From Felis catus (Eukaryota), in NCBI RefSeq assembly GCF_018350175.1, contig NC_058373.1, forward strand, positions 107,448,001 through 107,512,000: DNA of 64,000 nt. Reading direction: 5' to 3'. Both the position numbers and the translations under genes were made by a program. This document shows positions 26,172 to 40,406 of the stretch, in pieces. The notes under the pieces were generated by a model, which did no database searches, was not told where the DNA came from, and was given only the letters and a program-made list of their open reading frames with translations. Numbering within the stretch: position 1 is the first letter of the stretch; every line of letters begins with the position of its first letter.

Positions 26172-26913
26172 TACTCCTTATCTTTTGACTAATGTAAAAA
26201 ATATAAACAAAACCTCCACTTGAATCTTTATAATTAGGGTACAATGAAAGGGGAACAGAGAGGGCAAAACTATTAAATATTGTTGAAATAGATGTGGGAA
26301 GAGACAGGAAGGTCACAGAGTTGGGAAAGGAGAGGTACATATTAATTAGCAGAAAGTAAAGCACTTTGGAAATTTGGGCTATTGTGAGAGTATACTTTGT
26401 ATTAATAGTATCAAAGAGAATATGTAGGATGGTCAGGGATATATACTTTATTGAATATCTGTTCTTTGCCAGATGTAATATACACATTTTCTTGTTTAAT
26501 CCTCAAAAAAATACTATGAAGAGGTATTGCCTCCTTGTTTCTTTTACCGATGAGGAAATAAGGATCAGAAAAATTAAAGCACTTTCCAAATCATGTTTGT
26601 AATTGTTCAAGGAGAGATTCAAACCTAAGTGTATGTTTCCAAAGTCTTTGTCCTTTCTACTAAACCATGATGTCTTTATGTATTAATGTGGTGGTACAGT
26701 GAAGAAAAGGGAAATGATACAGGAGAGAGGACTAAGGTTGTTTATATTTAATTTAGACAGTGCACTTAACAAAAACCCACACCAGTGGGGACAGTTCTGC
26801 AAATTTAGGGGGTGCTTAACTAACTAACATTGGACAGAGAGAAGAGTTGGATTTGGTTTATCCATCTAGGCTATTCCCTTAATATTAGCTACAGAAGGCT
26901 CAGTATGTTTCAT

Positions 26914-26950
26914 TCTGAAGTCAAATGCTCTACCACTGAGCTATGCCCCC
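26914..26950 (-). pseudogene. 5'-half tRNA-Cys tailless retropseudogene
   Basis: Minus strand GGGGGCATAGCTCAGTGGTAGAGCATTTGACTtCAGA, flanked by 16-bp direct repeats agtatgtttcattctg (26902-26917, 26952-26967). Confidence 0.88.
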
Positions 26951-27516
26951 TAGTATGTTTCATTCTGGTAAAGAAATACAAATCTACAGCAGCATTATGG
27001 GGAATATTCTAGATTATCAGGAATTTGGCTGAGGTCTCCTTGACCACTTAACCAATTTCATCTGCCACTTTGTTTTTGCTGCTTTAGTAGATCAGCTTTT
27101 TAACCATTACTTAGGCTTGCTGTTCAGATGTGTATTCTTCAAAGGGTTCTTTGCAGATAAATCTGATTTTACTAACTTTCCCTATCTTAAATTAATGTAT
27201 TCACCTTGCTCATAAACCAGAGTCCACTAAAACAGTACAGAGAACAATATGAATATAACATATTGCAGTGTTAAACATATTTTAAGATAAATTATTATAA
27301 TTAACATGAATTATTGCAAATGGAATCAAAGTAGTAATATTTTATGAAACTAAGGCCAACTAAGAATGGTTGGTTTTACATGCAGATGGTGTACTGGATT
27401 AATGGCTATGCTCTTTGCACTACTTTTTAAAAAATATTTCATACATAGAAAAAATATATGGTACATAATTTTACAGAGTAATAATAAAACAATTGCTGAA
27501 TTTTTTCCATTCTTTT

Positions 27517-27753
27517 TAAAAAATTATTTATTTTGAGAGAGAGAGACAGAGGGGGAGGGGCAGAGAGAGAGAGGAAGAGAGAGAATCCCAAGCAGGCTCA
27601 GCACTGTTAGCACAGAGACTGATGTGGGGCTCAGACCCACAAACCAGGAGATCATTACCTGAGCTGAGATCAAGAGTCAGATCCTCAACCGACTGAGCCA
27701 CCCATGTGCCCCTTTAATTTTTTTTAAAGTTTATTTATTTTGAGAAAACTAGG

Positions 27754-27818
<65 letters not shown>

Positions 27819-27953
27819 GAGAGAGAGAATCCCAAGCAGACTCTGTGCTGTTAGTGCAGAACCAGATGCAGGGCTCGATCCCATGAACAGGGAGATCATG
27901 ACCTGAGCTGAAATCAAGAGTTGGGTGTCTGGCTATGCCACCAAAGTACCCCT
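27517..27953 (-). mobile_element. Two tandem Can-SINEs
   Basis: Two antisense SINE bodies (~27517-27713, ~27718-27953) with (GA)n. Confidence 0.9.
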
Positions 27954-28688
27954 AATTTTTTTCCATTCTCATTGCTTCTCCCTCCTCCTTCAGGTTCTGT
28001 ATTTTGAATTCCACTCATTAACTTAGGAGATGGAGCATAACCAATGCTGTAGAAGTCCTCTCTGCATGCATTCTTCTTCTCTTTATTGTTGTCCCACCTC
28101 AAATCAGAGATTCAGTCACCCTGAAACTGCTGATTATCATTTACTTGCTTTGTTTACAGTCTGGTCATATCTATACATTCCATGTGTACTTTGCATTTCT
28201 GAGCTTTATATGAATGAACTGTGCTCTACATATTTTCTGTAACTTGCTTTTTGTCTTTGCTTTTACTTAGCATTGTTTATGAAAGTCAGCAGTGTTGATA
28301 CATGCGTGAAGCTGTATATCCTTTGTTTCCACTGCTGTACTCTGTTCTACTGTGTAAGTAACAATTTGCCCATTCTTCTGTCAGTGGATATTTCAGTTGT
28401 TTCTTTTGTTCTTTTGCTATAAGAAACATTACTGCTATAAATACCATGAAGAGGCCCTATATGGAGAAATCTAATAGGTTTCACATCTCTGTCTCTGCCA
28501 TTATTCTTAAAATTACAAGAAGGAGTCAGACACAAGTAGCAGGTTCTAACACCTTTCCAAGTGGCTTAACCTTCCTTGATTCTACCTTCTTTGAAAGTCT
28601 AGGGGAAGAGAGTGCATAAGGCATTAGTATGGAGTGGCAACATTTACCACACCTGAACACACCCTTCACTTCAAAAAATATTAGCTTC

Positions 28689-29407
28689 TGTATTAGTGAG
28701 GTTGTCTAGAGAAATAGAACCAGTAGGAGGGAGAGAGGGAGGGAGAGAGAGAGAGGGAGATAAAAGAGATTTATTATAAGTATCAGCTCATGTGATTATG
28801 GAGGCTGAGAAGGCCCATGATCTGCTGCCTGCAAGCTGGAGATTCAGGAAAGCTAGTGGTGTAGTTCAAAGGCCTAAGAGAGAACCAATGGTGTAGGTGC
28901 CAGATCAAGTCTAGATGCCAGTCTGGAGCTTTCAGAACAAGAGAAGATCGATGTTCCAGCTCAGTCATCCATAGGAAATTCAGTCTTTCTCCACTTTTTT
29001 TTTTTTTTAATTTTTTTTTTCAACGTTTATTTTTTTGGGGACAGAGAGAGACAGAGCATGAACGGGGGAGGGGCAGAGAGAGAGGGAGACACAGAATCGG
29101 AAACAGGCTCCAGGCTCTGAGCCATCAGCCCAGAGCCCGACGTGGGGCTCGAACTCACGGACCGCGAGATCGTGACCTGGCTGAAGTCGGACGCTTAACC
29201 GACTGCTCCACCCAGGCGCCCCTCTCCGCTTTTTTGTTATTCTCAGGTCGTCAACAGATTGGATAATACCTACTCCTGTTGGGTAGTTCACCAGTTTAAA
29301 TGCTCATCTCTTCCAGACACACTCAGAAATAATGATTTACCAGATAATCTGAGCATCCTGTGGCCCACTCAACGTAATTTTATGTTTACACATAAAATTC
29401 ACCACCA
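28689..29407 (-). mobile_element. ERVL MLT2-like LTR with nested young SINE (~29007-29223)
   Basis: tgtattagt...ctagagaaatagaaccagtagga...gctcatgtgattatggaggctgagaag...cataaaattcaccacca. Confidence 0.85.
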
Positions 29408-29499
29408 TTTGTTTTTGTTTTTGTTTTTTGGCATATTATATATATGTTGTTGTTCTCTAGGCCTCTGCCTTAGGCGCTCTCTTCTCTCATTCTTTCCTG

Positions 29500-30520
29500 T
29501 CTCCTTAAATATTAGCATCTACCTGATGGTTTCAGATACCATCTAAATAGTGATGACTCCCAAATTGTTACCTTCATTCTATAATTTTCTTCTTAGCACT
29601 TGGCGCATATATCCAGCTGCTATATCCACTCATGTGTCTGTTCTATAATCACTTCAGACTTAACTCCAAAATTAAATGAATGATCTTTCCCTTCCCTTCT
29701 CTCCCACTCCAATTTGTTTCTCTTCCAGTTTTCCATTGCCTCTGTGAGGGCACATTCCCTGTTCCACATGACTAGATAGCTGGAAGTTGACTTTGACACC
29801 AGTTTCTCCTCCCCTCTTCTCTTGCTCCCATATCCACTCACTCAGTTGGCTTTGAAATATCTCTTAAACCAGTCCTTTTTTTTTTTTTTTTTTTTTTTTT
29901 GGTTATTACCACTGCTACCACCCTAATTTAGGTGCCATGATCTTAAGCCTGGAATAGAGAAACATTCTTCTTAGGAGTCTCTCTCTAATTGAGTCCTGCT
30001 TTTTTCCCATCCATTGTACAGTCAAAGTAGCTTAAATACCCAGGTTCCTAACAGTAACTTTTCAGTGGCTCCCATTGCCCTTTGAATAAAATTCACAGTT
30101 ATTAGCATTTCCTATAAGGTCTTCTTTTGGATAATTTCTGCCAGCATCTCCAGCCTCATGTTGACCTGGAGCCACCTTTCCCCCATGTTCTCAATATGAT
30201 GCCTTGCTGCTACATTCTTCCTGCACTGGATTGCTGCTCTATTCCTCTTGCCTTGCTAATAACTAACTCTTCCTCATCCTCTGGGTCTGAATCTGACTGT
30301 CCTTTCCTTAGGGAGACCTTTTCTGAACTTGTTCATACTGGCTTCCTTTTAATCTACACTGATAGAGCCCTGACTTTCTCATTCATAATATTCATTATTT
30401 AACATATTTTTTTCTCTGCTGAATTATAAGGTCCATGAGAATATGGAGTCTGCTCTCTGTTTTATTCTCAGAGTTGCTTCAATACCTGGCATATAGTAGG
30501 CACTCAGTAATTTGTTTTAA
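29500..30520 (-). mobile_element. L2 fragment
   Basis: gatgactcccaaatt...atatccagctgc...cagtggctcccattgccc...cctggcatatagtaggcactcagtaa. Confidence 0.7.
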
Positions 30521-30722
30521 TTTTTTGAAGAAGGAATACACTGCATACATATAAATTTCTGCATTTTGTCTGTCCCACCTTTGGGGAAAAATTACCATCC
30601 TGGTTGTATAAAGTTATGATGAAACATCTGGTACACGTCTGTTACACGGAATTCACAGTAAGAAATTACATTAAATAAGCCAGAATGAGGCACTAGAATT
30701 TTTAGGAACTTATCAGAAATTA

Positions 30723-30916
30723 GGGGCTCCTGGGTGGCTCTGTCACTTAAGCATCCAACTATTGATTTTGGCTCAGGTCATGATCTCATGGTTTGTGAGG
30801 TCAAGCCCCATGCTGGGCTCTATGCTGATAGTGTAGAGCCTGTTTGGGATTCTCTCTCTCAATCCCTCCCCTGCTCAGTGTCTCTTTCTCTATCAAAAAT
30901 AAATTAAAAAAAAAAA
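30723..30916 (+). mobile_element. Can-SINE
   Basis: SINE head and poly(A). Confidence 0.9.
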
Positions 30917-33900
30917 GGAAAATCAGAAACTAGGATATTTGTTTTTATTATCTCTACTATATTTTCACCACAGAAGTGACACCTGTCCCTCACTGGGACA
31001 TACAAAATCTATATATGATTTGTTATTTTTATGACTGATATGATTTGTTATTTTTAGATTTTTCATGAAACTTTGCCTTCCCTTCTCTCCTCTGGTTATT
31101 TTGAATAAATTCATAGGAATGATGTTTTAAGAATCAGTAAGTAAACCATTTTCCTGCTTAATCTCATTTAAGCATTTAGAATAATACTGAAATTAGCTAA
31201 ACATATTATAACTGAGATAAACATCTTCTTACTTTGAGGAGTATATTTAAGATTTATCAAAAATCATTTGATATATATGGCCATCCTTTATTATCTGTTT
31301 TCATGGCTCTATTCGAGTATATCTCATAGCACCTGATTCCTGAGATACTCTTGTATTTATCTGTATTCTACAGATGGAATCTATCCTTAGCGTTCTATCA
31401 TTTGATATATCCAGAACTACCAACAAAAATTGATCATAGAATATGTTACACTTAAATAGCTATATCTTTTATGTGTTCAGTCACTTACATTCAAATCAAG
31501 GAAGTGTTCCTTTCACTTTGTAGTTACATTAACTTTCAGTAACAGCTACCCTGTCCTAAAAATGCCTAGTGTGTTATTTGATAGCATTAAATTGCACACT
31601 TTACTTTTAGTTATAATTCAGAAAGGCTTATTTGAGCAATCTGTATTCAGCTGTACACTTGGGCACCATGTGGCTTTTAATTTCTAAATCTGAGCTTTGC
31701 TGTTCACATGGTCTAAATGTCTGGGATAAATTGGTTACTAGATTTCTAAGTGTATAGTATAAATCTGAAAATAGCTTTAATAGTTAGTTTATTCAATTTG
31801 TGTTCTCACATGCAGGTTAGATAATGAAGTGAAGAGTAGTATCATGATTATGGAAGTTTGTTATATTTTGGCTGGAGTTCATGAAGCTTTGTGTTTTTAT
31901 AATCAAACTGCCCTCAGAATTATGGACAGTAGTTCTGACTTGGATTGCTTTCCTCATTTATGTTAGAATATATGATTGTCAGTTTCCCTCTGTAGACAGT
32001 TTGTCTGTTATTCTGACATCATGGTTGGGTTAGGGCACCTAAGCACTAATTTCAGTTTTCAGAATGTTGCTGCTTTTTAGTGATAATTGAGTACACTATT
32101 GCTCTGATTGTTTTTAAACCTATTGAGATAGACTTCAGGTTGTTCATGTAAATCTTTTATAGCCTTGGCTGAATTTCTTATAAGAGCTCTTGGTCTCGAC
32201 AGCTGAGATCAGCTGGTTAATGTCTCTTAATGGCACTTAGATTTGAATTTTGTAGGCTGGGAGGCAGAAATACTTGGAACTGGTCTGTTTGATGCATAGT
32301 GCCTTTAAATTCAGGTTCAAAAATGGGCCCACTTGTGAAAAGAAGGTCTTAGGCTCTATAGTTCACCCCCTTTCTTAGGAAAGGGAAACACTATAGAGTT
32401 AAAAACTTGGACTTTTCTTTTTTTTAACTGCCCATTGGGCCTGGTAATTTGAGGTAAAGGAAACTAATATGAACTTCACATTTTAATTTCAATTTAAATT
32501 TCAAGATTCTTTGATTCTCTAGAGCCAAAGTGTTTCAAGGGTTTTCATGAGGAGGTTATGACTGGAGGGGAAGAGTGCTGCCTCTCGGTCTTGAGTGACA
32601 GCCCCTGCCCTCTGCCCCTAGCTGAGGACTCAAAGCATTGTTGAATAGCACTAAAATGAGCTGAGTCCAAGACTTTAGCCAGATGGTCGATATAGGGCTT
32701 TTAAAGGAAGGGAAATAGTAAAAGAGTAATCTCAGAGGAACTCTCTTATGTTAAAGGACTGAGTAAATGAAGTCTTTCTGAAGCTAAGTGTAAATTATAC
32801 CACCTTCTTTGGGAGTAGAAGCTGCTAAATGTAACAGAAGAAAATGACAGTGTAGGAAATCAAAGTTCAGGAACAAACTTTCAAGTGTGGTTTTTGATTG
32901 CTTAATCCTTTCTTACTCCTCTCACAGGATCCACTGCCTCCTTTTCCTCCCCCTCCTCCAAAGTCTGTTTGAAAGGGATTTTGATGGGTAATGGCAAAGG
33001 AAAGCAACTTTAGACACAGTATAAATTAGGGCACAAGATGCCCTTTGTACAGGAATTATCTTAGACATGCTTTTGAAAGCATACTTTTTTTTAGTCTTAT
33101 TAAGAAAATAATCAAAGGTATGATTTTTAAAGCTTTGAGTTTAGTCTGCTTTCAGTAAAAATAAGGTATAGATACCAAAGTAAGCAAACCTCTTTTTTTC
33201 TTTCCTGGTTTCTGCTTATAAGATTTACAGGTATTTAAAATAAACCCATGAAAAACAGAAATACTGTCCTGGGATTGGCTAAATAGTCAGAGCAATTACC
33301 TCCAGGCTCCAAAATCCAACTGAGCTTGACTTTTAGAAATAAATTTGGCTAAGACTTCTTCCTCATTCTGTTATATAAAGGTGTACATGAAATGATACTG
33401 ACCTTTGCCAGAAACCCCAGGAATCCTATTCAGTGATGTACTTGTAATGGTCATGAAAGAATTAAAACAACACAGATGGGGATTAATGTGAAAAAGCAGG
33501 CAAAATGCTAAATTCTCATTGTGTGGTTTCAGCGTGTCAGATCCTTTACAATACTTTGGTGTACCACAATAATTAAAGGGTTTAAGAACGTTAAGTTAAA
33601 ATACCTAGAAAATAAAAGCCCACAGTTGAGTACCAAGAATGAATTATGGTTTTTTTTTTTTTTTTAAATTGGAATTAATGTAAGTTGCCATGGTGAAAAT
33701 AGATTGAAATATTTAACAGTAACTATTTTGTGTAGCCCTAGAGATCAAAAACAGTAATGTAAATAACCAGGTCTTTAAAGAACTATACTCACAGACATGT
33801 TTAATGTAAATGATTGCTAGAAGGGAAGTGTATTTTCTTCAGTGCTATGCAAAGAAATTTTAATTGACTTGATTTTGGCAGTAAGAATCTACAACTTAGC

Positions 33901-36055
33901 ATTAATAACTAAAATTTTAAAATGTTTGTTCATTGCTCTGGATTATGACTGTTCAAGAAATCCTATTTTCGAACACTAATTAATCATTTTAAATAAACTT
34001 TTTTTACACATTTATGGCATCAATGAGTATGACTGTTTATTACATTTTACCTATAAAATGTTGAACTGTTTTATATACTCTTTATGGAAACAGTGCACGG
34101 TCATAAATTAAAAGATGCAACTGTTTTGGATATTTTACTGGTGGTCCTGTGTTTTCCTGCCAGCAGTGCAGCTGTTTCAGGTTTCTCAGGATAACATATA
34201 AAAAGCTGTATGTACACTTCAAGTTAATGCTTGAATTGCCAAGCCAGAAATGGTATGACTCAACTTTCCCAGAAGCAAGTTGTACCAAAATGTGATGAAT
34301 CAAAACAACTAGTTGCACAGCGGTTTCTATTACAGCTATGAAAACCAATTCTCTTCATGATAGTTGGCTTCTTAAGGTTGACAGACATTCTCCAGTGGTA
34401 CCTGAATTTTGCCAGGAGAGAACAGCCACTGGATCGAAGACTGTCCTTTTCTTTTGAGGGTCTGAGGAAAGGAAGGTTAATATAGTAGTGTCTGGTATAT
34501 GGATAAAACTTACCTGAAACTTGTATCAGGAATGGAACATTTCATTTCCAAGATACTTGTAAAAATATTACTTATTTGTGTGATGGTTTTTGAGATCTCA
34601 GTGGAGAGAAATGGATTTTATGCTGTTCCAGGTTGATTTTTAGACTTCGGAGGTGACTTATCTAATTTACATCATTTCTGATGCATCACAGTCTTAACAG
34701 TGGACATTTTATTGTGTCCTGGGGTGACATAAGCAGATATTTCGTCTGTCCATGTGGTAGGTTTGGTGGGTGAATCCCTGTTTAAATCCCATGGGACATA
34801 AGGTTCTATCAGGAGTTTGACAATGACTGTTTAATAACAGCCTCGAAAGTGGGATATGTTCACCAACGTACAGAAGACGGATACAGGGAGAAAATATTAG
34901 AACTTTGGTTGAAATATTTTTATCTCCTTTGAATATTCATATGTATTTTATAATATCCTTCTATATTAGTATGTTATATAATTATTCACTATATATTAAT
35001 GCATTAAGTATATAATTTATAAATAAGTATACAAATATTGGAAATGCATGCTCAAATATTTTTACTGCTATAAATATACTATCAAAAAGTTTGTAGATCA
35101 TTGCTCAGTAAATATTACCTTTCTCCTTCTGCTTTCCCCTTTCACCCTTGGCAGAGAAGCAAAGAATTGAGTTAACACCTTGATTTGTGGTAGTGTGAAT
35201 AAATTATAGCCAATTCCAGGAGCTTATGTTGCGTCTTACTTTGGCCACTTTTTCTCTTTGGCCTCTTATATTGCCATATATTTTTTAATCACACAACCTT
35301 ATTAAACATGGATACAAATGAAAAACAGACTTGTTATTATGTTAGAAATAATAAGTTGCTCATGCATCAAGACTTTGACACACAGGAAGTTTGAATGAAT
35401 GAGTAGAAAAGTTTCCAAGTTATTAAAATGTTCTGGTACCTGATTTATTCATTTGCCATACCCGTAATTCTAAGGTGGGTGAAGCTCCTTTACTTCCTGA
35501 GGCCTGAAGAAACAATGTGGTTTCTTAAACTAGGCATTAAAGCAAAGCTGGAAATATTTGTTTTCCAACGATGCTGTTAGTCATGCTAACAAGTTGACCT
35601 TCTTTGTCTAGGATTGTCCCATATTTTAGGCTTGTTTGTCTACCTTTACCAAGGTAGAGAGTTTTAATTGCTAAATAATATATGTATGATTGGAGAAAAG
35701 TGGTTTCTGTTACACTGTCTTTTGAGACAGTTCAAAAGACTTCTGTATTTACTAATTGGGACATTCTGTTGAAATCAGGCTTTCAGAGATTTCTCATGTG
35801 AGGAAGGAGACAATATATTTTTGTAATACTGAAGTAAATTTGAAGTAATTAGTATATTTTTCAACCCTCCTTCATTTAAGTATTTGTTTCAGAATACATT
35901 TATGCAAAACATTCAATATTTATGTAAAATATTAATACAATAGTATTATGATACCATGTATTGATTTATTAAGAGTATGCCAGAGGAGAATAGCAGTGAG
36001 GTACCCAAACAATAGCCAACAAGACAAGTAATTTCTAAAAATTGGGAACAGTGAA

Positions 36056-36251
36056 GGATGCCTGGGTGGCTCTGTCCTCTAAGCACCTGACTCTTGATTT
36101 TTGGCTCAGGTCATCATCTCACAGGGTTCCTGAGATCCAGCCCGGTGTCATCGGGCTCTGCGCTGTCACCCTGAGCCTGCTTGGGACTCTCTCTCCCACC
36201 CTCTCTCTGCCCCTCCCCTGTGTGTGCTCTCTAATAAGTAAACATTTAAAA
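36056..36251 (+). mobile_element. Can-SINE (diverged)
   Basis: TSD aaaattgggaacagtg. Confidence 0.85.
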
Positions 36252-36403
36252 ATTGGGAACAGTGGGCATTTTAATAGCCAGTATTATTTTTGAAACCTCC
36301 TTGAGAGCTGTTTTAAGATCTTAATGTAATTTGCTTTACAATAAACTCAACAATTAAACGAGTTTAGGCGCTCTCTATATATAGTTGGTGAGTTCCCTTT
36401 TAA

Positions 36404-36670
<267 letters not shown>

Positions 36671-36989
36671 CCTTTATTTCTTCTTTATAAGATTTGGACC
36701 TTGGAGCCGAACCAGGGAACTAGCAAAAGTAAAGCAGACTTGTAAAAGTATAGCCAAATGCAGCTGCACCACAACAGTCCCACCACATTAGCAGCTGTGT
36801 TAAAGTATTTATAAGAGAAAATTTCAGAACTAAGCGGAGTAATATAGTGGACAAATATATGTGAAAAAGATTTATTTTTTACTTATATTTTTCTGAGAGG
36901 GATTGAAGCTGTAAACTTCATCTGATGGAAGATATGAATAATTCACCTATGTATGCTTGAGGTTGACAGACTTGTAAAATCTTTTTAAA

Positions 36990-36995
36990 AATAAA
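36990..36995 (+). terminator. MNAT1: MNAT1 polyadenylation signal
   Basis: AATAAA ~320 nt after the stop, followed by a GT/T-rich downstream element (gttttgtggtttttct, ~37013). Confidence 0.7.
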
Positions 36996-37833
36996 GCTAG
37001 ACTTTATATTAAGTTTTGTGGTTTTTCTCTTATTACAGTGTTTTACTTGAACACATTTTAAAATGCCATTTTGAATACGACATTTAGTGTTAATATCCAA
37101 GTCTATTATTTCTTCTCATAAAATGTTCCTTCCCCCCTTCCCCCAATGTTCTTAATACTAGTCCAGACAAGTGGATATATTTCCTTCTACCAGCAGGTTG
37201 TGGCAAGTAAAACTTGACCTATGATAATGCCGTTCTCTCAATTTTAAGGACTCAGTGCCTGTTTTGAGCAGTGGAAAGTGAGACAACCTCGATCAAGGTA
37301 TTATAGTTCCCAGCTGTGAGCCACACTTAGGATAAACCAGATGAGAGTATTAACCTGCTTTAATGACAAATTCAAAGAAATAAGTTAATAAAATTTAATA
37401 CCTAAATGGCACCTTTCACTTCAAATGTGAGCTCATTTTATGATGAAACCTTGGAGACTGGAATGGATACATTTTAAATGAAATTTCCCAGAGTAAATTG
37501 CAGACTCTGATATAGTTTCTGTTGAAACTTCAAAGGCTTTTGGTATACCCAGGATTTTGCTTAGAGTTGGATGTGGACAGGACGGATATTTGTAGCATCT
37601 CAATCTTACATGAGTCTGTTACATAGACCACTGGGTACGGGACATACTTTCTCAAGGAAATTAAGGGATTTCCTATCAAATGTCCATCACAACAGATGTT
37701 AATTTCATGGGAGGAAAGTTATGTGAAACAAGATTTGTGGTTACATTAGGGTGGAATATCCTTATGTAACAACTCCATCTTATTTGACTAAGCAGGTCAA
37801 AATATTAATTTTAGAGGTATATCTTTATCTATA

Positions 37834-38159
37834 CAATAGACCCTGGAAGAAGTTTAAACTATATGGATCCACTTATATGTGGATTTTTTTTGTACAGTAC
37901 TGTAAAAGTATTTTTTCTTCCTTACGATTTTCTTAACATTTTCTTTTCTCTAAGCTTACTTTATTGTAAGAATATAGCATATAAAACATATACAAAATAT
38001 GTATAATTGACTGTTATGTTTGTTATGGCTTCTGGTCAACAGTAGGCTATTAATAATTAAGTTTTGGGGGGAGTCAAAAGTTATATGTGGATTTTCCAAT
38101 GTGTGTATCGGGGGCTGGGTAACAGTGCCCCAACTCCTGTGTTGTTCAAGGGTCAACTG
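37834..38159. mobile_element. Tigger2-derived non-autonomous element
   Basis: Right TIR ttgttcaagggtcaactg+ta, degenerate left TIR caatagaccctggaa. Confidence 0.8.
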
Positions 38160-38869
38160 TAGTTCTAACTATTTTTGATAACAGAAAACCAAGGCATCAA
38201 ATAATTGAGTAGGCTAAGATAATATAAACAAGTCAATAAAAAGCTAGAATTGAAACCTTTTTTTAAAGTCTATTCCTATCTATACTGTATCAGGCTGCAT
38301 CCTGTTTTTCATATCTATCAGCATTCTCCAATTGAGGATTAGGGTTTTCAGTACAGTCTATAAATCTGTTCAAAGAATAGTGAGAACATTGGGCTTACGG
38401 TTAAGGCTTTGCTGTACTCAGCTGCCAAATTACAGTATCCAGTCTTCACAAAAGAAACACTATTACTTGTTCTTAGTGCCTTGTATAATGTATTTAAATG
38501 AACTAATTAATAGAACAGTTCAAAGGCTTTCAAAACTTTTTTCAAACCTACCTTATTGTAGAAATTGCCTGCATCTGATTTGGCAAATAAATTGAATTCC
38601 AAAACCTTTATATATTTGTAAATATTTTGCCCTTACTATTGTCATACCTTGTTCAATAGGCCAAATAAGAAGTTGCTAACTAACCCTATTAGATCAAAGG
38701 GAATGGTGAAAGGTAACTTACTGGCAATTCACTAAATAACAAATATCCTGAATTAATGAGGTTATCCCCTATCTTCCCAGTGATTTCCTCTTTCAGAGAC
38801 AAAATGCTGTACAAATCTTTCTTCTACATGAATTAAGTCTTTTAACATTGTACAACACTAGCACAGAAA

Positions 38870-39090
38870 CAATAGCTAGCAACTACTCAGCGATACCTAT
38901 GCCCCAAGCACTGCATTTCATGCACTGTGTATTATCATCTAGTCTTTACACTGCTAGTATTATTGTACCCATTTTAACATATGGAGAAGCCAAGGCATAG
39001 GGAGGTTAACTAACTTGCCAAAGGTCAATACAACTTAAAAGTAGCACAGTGGATTTGAACCCAAGTGGTCAGAAGTCAATGCTCCAGAGA
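38870..39090 (-). mobile_element. MIR
   Basis: cccattttaacatatggagaagccaaggcatagggaggttaactaacttgccaaaggtca. Confidence 0.7.
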
Positions 39091-39503
39091 TGACTGTCAA
39101 ACTGTCAAGCTTATAAACAACAGCTGTGTAGAATCAAGTCTGAGTAGTCAAACTTCCTAAGACTTCCAGGAAGTTTTAAAGATGAAGTGTCTAGTTATTT
39201 TATGGTATATAAATGACATCAACTTACTAACCTTGTTTATATCCTTGGGAGAAATTCATTATGTAGAACATGATTTGACTATTAACTACCTTCCTTTGGG
39301 AAGCAGATATTAATAGTATTGAATATGGTTTACATCATGGTCAGGATGCACTATTAGTATTTAATTTCATTCAATAAATATTTGATCTAATTCTCTTAGA
39401 TGTTATCTTTAGGCTGTCAACTGGTGGTCAGGTGATCATTTCAAAATCCAATTAAGGTGGCAGAAAAACTTGTCAAAAAGCTAACAAAGTTGAACAATTG
39501 TAT

Positions 39504-39696
39504 GGGCATCTGGGTGGCTCAGTCAGTTAAGTGTCCAACTTCGACTCAGGTCATGATCTCAGTTTGTGAGTTCAAGCCCCGTGCTGGGCTCTGTGCTGAC
39601 AGCTCGGAGCCTGGAGCCTGCTTCCGATTCTGTCTCCCTCTCTCACTGCCCCTCCCTCACTCATGCTCTCTCTTTCTCTCAAAAATAAATAAACGT
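39504..39696 (+). mobile_element. Can-SINE
   Basis: Typical SINE body. Confidence 0.9.
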
Positions 39697-40099
39697 GGGG
39701 GAAAATTTTTAGAAAGATGGATCTACTGAGCTTTCCACCTGTCATTTTCTAGTGGACATCAAGAGTTCAGTTACCAGGTATCCCATTAAAAACTTCAGGA
39801 TGGGCCTAAATTTAAATAATGAAATAATCGTACATTCACTTATCCACTGAGGGAAAAGGGGGGAGAAGTTAAAATGTTAATAGAGGCTTTTAAGGATTCC
39901 ATTTCCTTTACAATTATATACTGCATATTTTGTCTAAGGGGTGACTAAATAGAGGCAAGAATCTTACCACTTTACATGTATGAATAAGAACATCATTTGT
40001 ACCCATAGTTAGTATTTACAACCTAGTATGTCAATGTACAATACTAGGAAAAAAAAAATCCCATTCCTACTTGCAAATTAAAATTCTCTTCACCTAGAG

Positions 40100-40406
40100 C
40101 AGAAGGCCAACTATGGACCCCTGGCCAAATCCAGCTGGTGCCTGTTTCTGTATGTTCCATGAGCTAGAATTGTCTACATTTCTTAAGGTTGAAAAAAGCC
40201 AAAATACATACTTTTTAACAAGTAAAAAGCATAAAAAATTCAGATTTCACTGTCCATAAATGAAAGTTGTTTTGGCATATAGTGCATGTATTGTCCATGG
40301 CTGCTCTGGGGTACTACTATGATGGAGTTGAGCAGCAACACAGACCTTATGGCTTGCAAAGCCTAAAATACTATCTGGTTCATAACAGGAAGCATACTGA
40401 CCCATG
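40100..40406. mobile_element. MER58-like non-autonomous hAT element
   Basis: ggccaaatccagc...gcctaaaatactatctgg ends; imperfect 8-bp TSD acctagag/acctacac. Confidence 0.75.

Noticed and set aside
25978..26487. 169-aa minus-strand ORF
   Set aside because: Chimera of AT-rich intron and a SINE
26914..26950. Possible TCA-anticodon (Sec/suppressor) tRNA
   Set aside because: Only a 5' half; the TCA arises at the junction with the target-site duplication
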